A stretch of DNA of 64,000 nt, from the NCBI GenBank assembly GCA_000934665.2, contig JYFJ02001187.1, forward strand, positions 1 through 64,000, in the 5' to 3' direction. Within the stretch, counting starts at the first letter, position 1; every line of letters begins with the position of its first letter. The notes below the pieces were generated by a model. The model saw only the letters and a program-made list of their open reading frames with translations. It was not told the DNA's origin and did not search any database. This document shows, piece after piece, positions 48,620 to 59,000 of this stretch. The translations under genes were made by a program, and so were the position numbers. The stretch comes from Catajapyx aquilonaris. Taxonomy: Eukaryota.

Positions 48620-49234
48620 ATGGATAAGTTAACGCTTATATCAGGGGCACTATTCTTGGCCGCTGACATTTTTGCCATTGTGAGTCTCTCTATGCCTGAC
48701 TGGATTGTGACTGATGTTGGAGGTTTGTTGATGAAAGGGTGCTCTCAAGTGCAGGGTTGTGACGTGTTGTTTATTGCAGGTGATACTCGGTTGGGGCTGA
48801 TGTGGACATGCGTGACTCTTTATAATCGTCCGCAACTGTGCTTTACTCCAGACTTGGAAGCGGAATGGATGCTGACTCTAGTTTGCATTTTTGTTGGATG
48901 CATATGTGTGACGACAACGATAATATTGCTGGCTTCGTCGCACTGGGATCGTCATGTTGTTCCATATGCCAGATGGGTTGGATTTACAGCAAGTGAGTGT
49001 GCAAGTGAAGTTAGCATTGATGTGATAATGGCACTGTTTTCTTTAGTGGTCCTCTTCTGCCTGGCTGCTGTTATCTTTCCAATGGGATTCCACATGGAAG
49101 AAATTGGAGGCGAGGCCTACCAACTGCCAAATAGCTACCAAGTTGGAGTGTCATATATATTTTTCGTCCTTGCACTTTGGATAACAGTCATTTCAGAACT
49201 CTTTGTGGGGAAAGTGTGTCTTCCTCATTTCTGA
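48620..49234 (+). CDS. MOSMO: Modulator of Smoothened (MOSMO / C16orf52 / Atthog), tetraspan claudin-like protein, 167 aa, 3 exons
   Basis: Exons 48620-48722, 48780-48992, 49047-49234 (504 nt; introns of 57 and 54 nt, GT-AG). MDKLTLISGALFLAADIFAI...PDWI...ASSHW...YARWVGFTAMVLFCLAAVIFPMGF...IGGEAYQLPN...GKVCLP closely follows human MOSMO as I recall it. Confidence 0.95.
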   Translation: MDKLTLISGALFLAADIFAIVSLSMPDWIVTDVGGLLMKGCSQVQGCDVLFIAGDTRLGLMWTCVTLYNRPQLCFTPDLEAEWMLTLVCIFVGCICVTTTIILLASSHWDRHVVPYARWVGFTASECASEVSIDVIMALFSLVVLFCLAAVIFPMGFHMEEIGGEAYQLPNSYQVGVSYIFFVLALWITVISELFVGKVCLPHF

Positions 49235-52070
49235 GGTGGAAACAAAGTGAATCATGCCCTGTGGTTGGTCCAATATTCTGTATGTAGTACTACATGCGGA
49301 ACCATCCTTGACGTTACTGTAACTTGTTTTTTCAAAATGCAGTTGCTACTTATCATGCATTCACAGAGAGGATGGCAAGCTACGTGGCATGAAAAATGCC
49401 CTGAGACCCATCCTCATGGCAAATGACGGGCCTCCCTACAAAGCACAATGATTTGTTTCACTGCTGCTGTATCAGTGTGGGTCATGGTGCCCGTGGGGAG
49501 GTATGGTCAGGACTTAAGCCTGCTTTATGAATTCCCTCTGAGCGTTTTAGAGCCACTTCATGACGCAGGACTGCAAGCAATGTGTGCAGCAGACCAATTT
49601 ATTAAAAGACAACGAGCAGCACACAGCCACATTTTGCTGCCGGAAGAGCCAGCTACCAACTTCAAAATCTCTAGAAGTCGGACTGCATGCTGCTGCGTTG
49701 AGCCAATCAGAGGAAGTCACCTCGAGTCACGTGACATCGACACCTCTCCTACTACCCTCACCTCCTCATCTCCCCCATCTTGCCTTTTCCCCCCTGTCCG
49801 CATGGCCACTAATGTCTCGTCCTTCTGCCTCTGCCCCGTCTGTGGTCTAGGACACTGCCCTCATCCGCCCCGAGCCCCGAGCCCACCCAACCCCAGGTTG
49901 GCCTAGCACATGTACCTCTCCTACCCTCTCCTTCTCATACTTTCTCATACCTTGTCATACTTTGTCGCCCACGGCAACCTTTTTATATATTGAAATATGG
50001 CAGGAAGCAGCGTTTTCCTGCCCACCCATATACAGCGACGACTTGCAGTTCGGCGTGTGAAGTCGCTTTATAACGCTAAGAGGGAATTCGTAAAACAGGC
50101 TTTAGGTGACGAATAGGTGGGGGGAAGGGAAGGAGAAGACTTAACATGCAAGGAATAACATTGGCAGTGTTGCATGATACAGGAGAGCTAACACATCTAG
50201 CTAGTCACACTCTTCTTGCCACTCTTCTCATGAAAGCATAATAACTTCAGCATTTCAAGCGAATAAAATTGTGTGTGGAATGGTGTGGGGACAAGAATGT
50301 AAACATGTTCAAATGGGCCTGGTAACAGTTGTAAAACAGTTCCAAGTGTCATACAGCCAAAAGAATGCAGGCATAGAGTAACAAAAAGTTCATTGGCAAC
50401 AGTAAGAAACAAGAATCATTCAAATATTGTTGCTAGAGGGTGCCACATGGGGTTGATGATGGCATGTTTGTTCCCAATATCAATATGCCAATCTTAATAT
50501 GGTAAAGTGGTGTATGTGTGGAATCTGAGGACCCCCAGTCTACAACTAAATGCCTACCTTTTCTTTGACACTGTATGATGAAATGTCATCGTTACTGTGC
50601 AGTGATCAAAAAATCTGCATCTTCAATATGCAGTAAGGCTGCCTTCATTAGTTCACTGCAACTGGAGTGCAATACAACCACAATAGTTTAATGGAAGCAG
50701 ATTAGTAGCTCTTAACCTTACTGTTCATTGGAGACCCGACTCTACCTGTCCATGGCAAATCATGTATGGAAGGGATTCAGGATATGAAATGCTACACATT
50801 GTCTTCATAATTATTGCTTTGATATCTGAAAGCACAAACTGCAGCAATCTCATGGCTTTGAGCCTCAAAGTCTAGATTCAAGCCAAAGTCTCTTGTTAAG
50901 GCTGTGTATCACCCTGGCATGGGAATAGCCGTATCCCATGTAACTTATATCCGTTTTCTCCTGCACTATTTATGGTAATCTTGTCAACTATATCTTAATA
51001 TATTCAGCATGAGTAGGAAATTTAGATTCTGAGTGGATTACATTTTGCAAATTATTTATAATAATCAACATTTAGGGTGCCAAACAGGCAGGAAACTGGG
51101 ATGATAATAAAAAATGTTGACATTTGTAAACTAGGGATTTGTAGAAAAAGTCCTTCTAGTCATCTCACTTTCACAATCTTTGGGTGCAAGTTGCTGTTTG
51201 TTTGATTAACATAGAGTGGTCCATAGTGGAGATAATAGGGATATAAGTTGATGGTGCAAACCAGAGCTTTTACAGCCCTTCCGGGGGTAAGTAGTGGACG
51301 ACTTCTCTCCCTGACAGCACTGCAGTCAATGCTCTCTAGAATTCGAAGCGCAAGCTTCTGTTTGCACCTCGACTGTGGGTGTGCATTTTGGGTTATGGCC
51401 ACGATTCTTTTTGCATCATGTTGAGAAGGGTTCAATGTTGTTAATGGACCCGGTCCCGTTCCTGTGTGGTGAAAACGTACTGTACTACGGTGAGAAACAT
51501 CTCTATCGTCCAGACGCAACAACTTTTTACAGGGTGCGCCTATCAAAATGGGGGCAAAACAATTCAGTGCCCACATCTTTACACTGTTTTCCCTCAAAGT
51601 GACAATATTCCAGGGTAAAGCATTTGTCTGGGGCAATTAAACAACAGAAGGTGTGCATACCGAGAAGAGGGAGGGTAATTTACGCCCACAGTTGCGATGC
51701 AAACAAGCCTGCACCTTGGATTTCCGATAGTGAACTCTCGTCACTGACCGAAGGGTTTCAAATCTAGTTTCAGATAGTTCCGGACCTTCCCATGCTAAGC
51801 ACTAGTGAGTCAGTGAGTGACTTTCTCCTGGGGTGATACACAGCCGTAAGTGTCATCTCATAAGCATTGTGTACTTGACAACATGTACTACACTCACCGA
51901 CGAAAAAATCTGTGCAATAAGGAAGAGGCGTTGGATCAAATGAAACTTGATGCATATGATTGTATTTATGGTGGTAATAAGAGATTGCAATATCACAGCA
52001 AAGGGGCCATTTCCTGCAGAATAACATAGATATAATCTTAATTTAGTACCTTGTAGGACCTCTTGGTTGG

Positions 52071-52343
52071 GTACGGTGTTTGACATTAATTGAGTCATAC
52101 AGCTTGCGACATCTTCTGATGCTGCAGAAGTACAAATCGAAGTGATAGAGTGTGAGCCGTGCGAGTAAGAAGGGGAGACCTTGAGTGACGTCACCGGCAG
52201 GGGGGCAATGGAGAAAAGCCTTGTCCCCAGCCAGTGACGTCACCCAAGGGTTATTATTTCTTACTCGTACGGCTCGCACTCTATCACTTCGATTTGCACG
52301 TCTGTCGCTAGCAGTATGACGGAATTAATGTCCAGCACTGTAC
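52071..52343. repeat. Fold-back (probable MITE) with two symmetric TGACGTCA sites
   Basis: CAAATCGAAGTGATAGAGTGTGAGCCGTGCGAGTAAGAA / TTCTTACTCGTACGGCTCGCACTCTATCACTTCGATTTG; outer GTACGGTGTTTGACATTAATT / AATTAATGTCCAGCACTGTAC. Confidence 0.75.
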
Positions 52344-53039
52344 ATGCGACATACGCAATTCTTGAGGAACCGAAGTGATTGCAATTCAAACGCCCTCACG
52401 TGACATGCATTAATGTGCAGTGGCATCAAACTGTAATCATTTGCATATATGCCCTAGACATAGCTGTTTACCAACTTTGACAGTTATCAGATGGTTCTTT
52501 CTGGGTGTGCAAATTTTTTTGTCAATGAGTGTATAATTATGAAGTTATACACATGTCACTAGGAATCTCAAAAAGAAATTTGAATAAATGGAACATGGAA
52601 TGTAATTTGGAGCCTACTTACTACTTCGAATCTCCCCTCCTTACACCATAAAAACATGTATAGATAACACGTGGTACAATGTGGAGCTTTCCTCAAAGTT
52701 GCAGGGCTGCTCTCTCAACAGTGTGTGTAAGAATTTATGAACTCAAGGATACTTGAATAGGAGCATAAAATGGCTTGCATTGACGGGAACAAAATGATTA
52801 ATAATTTTCATCCTGATACGATGGGCATTAGGAAAGTATTTACACTTTATTTTTTCACAGTAGGTGCGATGATTGTATTTCCGCCAAATTAATATAGCTG
52901 TGTCCTGGTTGTTCTGACCAAAGCGATATAGGGAGTTCTTTTCTGCGTAGCAAATACAAAGTGTTAAAAGTTAATTTTGATTGAGTTCCCATCTTACAAG
53001 AAATATTTTGACATGCTTGAGCCATTTTAAAATAATCTT

Positions 53040-56000
53040 TTATTGTGAAGTAGAACATTTTGCATGCACAATTTTACCCCCCATCATATAACTTGTAGTT
53101 TGCAAAACAGCTCCATCCTCAATCATCTGAAATGCCAGTTTTGCTGTGTTCAAAGCATCGTCCATTCCTGAATGTTCCCGACCTTGGAATGCTAGACCTC
53201 GATCTTGTAGGGCACCTCGTAACCCATGCGGTTTCTCTCCATAAAAAGTCTGAGAAGGAAAAATGCTTTATGGAGACTAATTCATTTCATTAGCCTTAAG
53301 AATGTTTACCTTATAACAAAGCTTCAAGTCAATCCATTCATTGAAGATTACAGATTTCATAATAGCTTTCCTCTGACATTCATTGTGTAGGCAGATCCCC
53401 AGATCCCAGTCTGAGAATAGAGGTGTAGATGAGTTAGTTGCTGCACAGATATTTCACATGCAATTACAGCATATTGTTGGCAGGCAAGTGAAATCCACTA
53501 GGTCCAAAAGACCAGTTTCGAGGAGGAGGAGGAGATGATGATGATGATGATTCATACCCCGTTATCAGCCAGCAGCTCTTTAGGGGGAACTTTTTGTTTT
53601 GACTGGAACTCTTTGCTTTCATTTTATTTGCTTTTTGGGATAGGATAGGGACGGAAGGAAGCGGCTGTGGCCTGTTTTTACGGAAACAACCCCGAAATTA
53701 TCCTGGGAGGACCGTGGAAAACCACAGAAAACCACGGTCAGGGTCGCCGGCCCCAGGATTCGAACCCAAGACCTCCCGATTAGCCGGCGGACTCCATATC
53801 CGCTACACCAACCTGCTGCGATAGTTTCGAGATAATTGAAGGAAACATTTGACCTTGCACTTGTTTGCATACTAGTGAAATCCCGATTAGCAGTCGGACG
53901 CCTTAGCCACTATGCCAACCTGCTTCGGTTTATCCAGGTAACAGTATTACATTCTTTCTATCAGCTTATGACAAACACTAAATCCCTTACCCAAATCCCT
54001 GGGCTTACCCAGACCAGTTCACATGTCTTTGCAGCATAACTCATTCAAAATGTATGGGTCAGTGATAACCTCCACGTAAAAACATGCGTTAACATGTAAG
54101 AAAGGAAATGCATGTACGAATGGTTTGATTCGGTCCATACACAAGGGTCACGATGGGTGCATACCATGGGTCACCCAATACACAGGGGAAGTGATATTAC
54201 GTGCATCCTGCTGTCACATGATATCAGCGCTGTGAGTCCATGTGTCTTTGCAAGCAAATGTCACTCCCATGATTCTCAGTGCATCTTGGCTATAAGAGGC
54301 AGGAGAAACTGCTACCCATGACTCATCACAGCGAATAAACATGGTGAGAAGAGGGAGAAGATCATCAAAAAGCTTCGGGATGGTGTTCTTCTTTGGCAGA
54401 TAGGCCGGGAATTGTTCCAGAGTCTATAATATGCAAGTCTCTAAAGCAGGACGACACCAGCAGAACAGTTGAGAGAAAGAAAATCCGGGGCCACTAAAGT
54501 CGACAACAGCATGAGAAGACCGGACGCTGCGCTGGATTGTCAGGAAAAACAGACCAGTCCCTTTTGCAGCAGCTACAGTATTGTGGCAGGAAATCCTGAG
54601 GCATCCAATTTCGAAAAAAATAACCATGACGAGGCTGAAGGACATGAGGTACAGGTCCTATGTACAAGTCAAAGGAGAAACCACCCCCAGTTCGCAAGTC
54701 ATTGCGGAGTCCTTCACTCTTCTGCCGAATGTCTCTGCGACTGATGTTTCCATACAGCACCTCAAATGGTGATTGAGCAGACTAAATCACCTTCCAGTAG
54801 TTGAATGTCCAGCTTACATGGTCTTGCGCCTATTGGTAGCGGTGTTTGGGTGAGGAGTGGTTTCACCTTTGACTTGTAGGACCTGTACTTCGTGTCCTTC
54901 AGCCTCTTCATGGTAACTTTTGCCAAAAATGGACTCCCCAGGCTTTTTCCTACTACAATGCTGCAGCCTCCACAAAAGTGCCTGGTGTGTTTTTCCTGAC
55001 AATCCAGCGCAGCATCCGGTCTTCTCATGCTGTTGTCGACTTTAGTGGCCTCGGCCTTTTCTTCTGCTCAACTGTTTCAGTGGTGTCGTCCTGCTTTAGA
55101 GCCTTGCATATTATAGACTCTGGAACAGTTCCTGGCTTATCTGCCAAAGAAGAACACCATCCCAAAGCTTTTTGGGATGTACTTGCTCTTACTGGCGTGC
55201 GGGAAGGTAGTAGTCGGTGGGGGCAGTGGACTGTGTCGCTAATATAGGTCTGTATCCGCAAGGAAGGAAGGTTAGGTATGGTTAGGTTGGGTTGGTGCAG
55301 TATACCCCCTTCCAAAATCCAAAAAATCAATCTGCCTTTGCGACATAGCCAAGCTCCCCCCAGCCACCACTCCCCCTCAGCTTCCCATACACCGGTAAGA
55401 GCAAGGCCTTCTGCTTTTTGATGATCTTCTCCCTCAGTGCAACAGGCAACCCTCTTCTCACCATGTTTCTTCGCTGTGATGAGTCATGGGTAGCGGTTTC
55501 TCCTGCCTCTTTAGCCAAGATGCACTGAGAATCATGGGAGTTACATTTGCTTGCAAAGACACATGGACACACATCGCTGATATCATGTGACAGCAGGGTG
55601 CACGTAATATCACTTCCCCTGTGTATTGGGTGACCCATGGTATGCACCCATCGTGACCCTTGTGTATGGACCGAATCAAACCATTGGTACTGGTACATGC
55701 ATTTCCTTTCTTACATGTTAACACATGTTTTTACGCGGAGGTTATCACTGACCCATACATTTTGTATGAGTTACGCTGCAAAGACTCATGAACTGGGGGG
55801 GTCCATGTAAACCCAGGGATTTGGGTAAGGTACATTCAATTTGATGTAGGTTTCTTGATGGGCATAACAAGAGTAGCTAAAAATGGGCTTCACTGATGAG
55901 GGAATGGGGTAGACACGAGCTATTCCCGGCTATTCCATTGGAGAGTCCTTTTATGCCAATGTTTAACCCTGAAATTTAAACAGGTTGTTTCTTACTAGTA

Positions 56001-59000
56001 CATCATTTGGCTGGTAGTGTACTATTTGGCCCAAAACAAATCAAAAATGTAGGGGTAAGAAATGTGAAGGGACCAACTTGTAAGGAGGTAGATGCTCCCT
56101 GGCTGCCTGTGCATAGGGGCCGATAAGGGCAGGTCAATGTGTCGAGTTGTCTACCTCATTACTGGTTAGTCCCTCAGTATTTCTCACCCCTACATTTTTC
56201 ACTTGTTTTGGGCCAACAAATGCACTGCTGGCTAAATACTAGTAAGAAACACCTTCTACGGTATAGCAAGAATAGTGCTGGTTATTTGAACAATTCCATC
56301 AATCTTGACTAGACTTGCGAGATGCTACCCAAAAGTGCACAAAACGATTTTTTTCTGAAAATTAGCTTACAGCACACCTTATTTTTCTCCATCACCTTCA
56401 TATTACTCCCCTTTGGAACATAGATACCGATCTCAGTGCTCTTCCCATGATTGGAGTGCTTTGTGGAAGTCATTTTTTGTTAGGGCTCTCAGCACTGTCT
56501 GCAATTCTTTGTGGATCTAGTTTACAGAGTCAAATCTTCTTCCTTTCAGCTTAGTTTTCATTTTCGGGATGAGGAAGAAGTCGCAAGAGCTAAAGCTGAC
56601 GAAAAAGGCGTGTTAGGGACGATCGTTATGTTGTGGGACCCAAAAACTGCTGCGCGGCAAGCGCGGCGTCAGCCGACGTGTTGTCATGATGTTGTTCTCG
56701 CACCATTTTGCGGGAGGTTTCTTTCGAATGTCCTCCCTCAGCCACCTTTTCGCCAGATTTAGCTACCTGTGACTTCTTCCTCTTGCCGAAAATGAAAATT
56801 AAGCTAAAAGGAAGATTTGAGAATAACTTCACACACTTTCTATGGGGTTGTGGTCATCAAAGGACATCCAGAAGGAGTGTCATCTTCCACTGTCAAATGC
56901 GGCCATCTTTGAATCTATTATACCAATTGTATCATTGTACGTCCCTAAAGCATTGTCACCGAATGCATCTTGTGAGTTTGCAGCACTTTTGCCAAGTTTT
57001 AAACAAAATTTACGCTGTTCTTTCAGGTCATCCATTTTCATCCCCAGATAGACTCGCAGAATGCACCAAACATGACACCACAAAACCCCCCACAGAAACT
57101 GATCCATTCAACCTCAGATGCTGCCACTTGGCAGAGAAGTTCCGAAAGGTCACCTGCAGCACTACCTAGAGTGGTAGCAACAAACTATATGCGGTTTGGG
57201 GAGGTGCGGTGGCTGAGATGGTAACGTCTCGGCTTGCTGAGCAGAAGGTCCCAGGTTCGATCCCCGCCTGGGAGTTCCCTTTCGCCTGCATCAGGAGGGT
57301 CTCTGACCCGCACCAAGGAGGTGTCTGGCAACCTAACCTCCTGGGGAACACCACGTGACCCATTTATCGATATTACGCTTGCATCCATGTTCCCTCCCCA
57401 AAAATCCCAATCCTTACCCAATTTCCCTGATTTCCCTGCATCGGAGTCTGAAGTAAATGGAACAAATATCTGAGAAAAAATTGAGGTCTCCCTAAGAGGT
57501 CCATAGGCTCTATCATGGGGTAAGCAAAACGCAGTTCAGTAGTATCGGCGTCATTTCACGAACTTTTGGGTAGCACCTTGTATCATCTGACTATATCGTT
57601 ATGCAGTAGAATCTCATGCATGCAGAATAACCCCTCACTCAGCCACATACCCACACTAACTCTTTAAAACATTATCAAGTGGAGCATGAGTACTTACAAG
57701 GGAATGCCCAGGGGTGGTCACCTCCGATTTAGCTGAAACTTGCATGAGGGGCCAATCATGTGCCACAAACAGAGTGGTGAAGGTCCTAAGTGACCGTTTT
57801 CAGCCGTTTCTGAGATATGAACAACAGAAACATCCAAATTTTGGCCGCGGCCCGCGGGTACAGGGGTATAGGGGCCTTGCATTTGTCCCTTTCCCGGCCA
57901 GCCCCCTGGTATGAGCTGCCAAAATTCGGATGCTTCTGTCGCTCATAAATGGCTGAAAACAGTCACTTAGGACTTTCGCCACTGTGTTTATGGCACATGA
58001 CTGACCCCTCATGCAAGTTTCAGCCAAATCGGAGGTGACCATCCTCGGTCATTCCCTTGTTAGTAATTAATCTCTCTGGTCACAGAATGCAAATTACCTG
58101 TCCAAGTCATAAAAGAACACGTGGAACTTGTGCTTGGTTGTCCGTCAAGCCCAAATGTCAGGTTCTTGGAAGACATGAGTGTCCTCAACCAATTATTGAA
58201 TGTAGCTAGACATGGCGCCAGGGGCATTCCTTCTTCAACTTTGTCTTGGGTTATTCCTGAAAGATCAAAATGTATCATGTTTTGGTCTGAAAATGGTCAC
58301 GGTGCATTAGGGATGTTGAACACACATACATCTACCACTCATACCTTTTTCAACAACAAGTATCAGAAGACAAAAAGCTCAGCTCCTCTATGCCACCTTC
58401 CAAACCCTGCCACCAAAAGATTGCTTTGTTCACTCAATAATTTTGTGAATATTCTGTCTATTCTCAGTGCAAATCAGCATGGAGCATGCAAGAAATGTCC
58501 AAGGAGGTTCAGTAGAGGTCACATGTTGAAAATAATGAGCACATTAAATATGACCTCTGAGGTCATCTGGGGTAGTAGGACAAAATAAGGCTAAAAATAG
58601 CAAAAATGGACCATACAGAATCAGGGAGTTGATATTAATTTTTAAAGATGTTAAAACGTGTCTGTTGTTCCTAAAGACAGGAGCACAAGTGACATCAGAT
58701 TTGGCTTCCGAGGTCATCTAAGGTTACCACCAAGTGGTCACCAACTCCGTGCTTTGTTTCCCAGCAATTCCTGATCAAGAGTGGTAGAGTATAAAACAAT
58801 AACAATTTTTGATCTGCCATCCTGCTAGTCAAAACTACGGATATTCTTTTATAGAACATGGAGTAGTTTCTGATCAAAAATATGTTTGCCCATAATTTCT
58901 TATACAGGGTGTTTCTAACTAGTCCAACCAACGGCCGTCAGCATATTCCTTGGGCCAAAACAAGTCAAAAATGTAGGGAGGAGAAATGTCGAGGGACCAA

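Noticed and set aside
49448..51636. ORFs of 152 and 158 aa between MOSMO and ERI2
   Set aside because: No recognisable domain or splice support; they overlap low-complexity or degenerate inverted-repeat sequence (about 51310-51755).
13367..57270. tRNA genes at GGTTCGA(T/A)(C/T)CC sites (13420, 13925, 20200, 26820, 32455, 53757, 57254)
   Set aside because: Each continues into a shared repeat body and tail and lacks a proper acceptor stem and oligo-T terminator; these are SINE heads.
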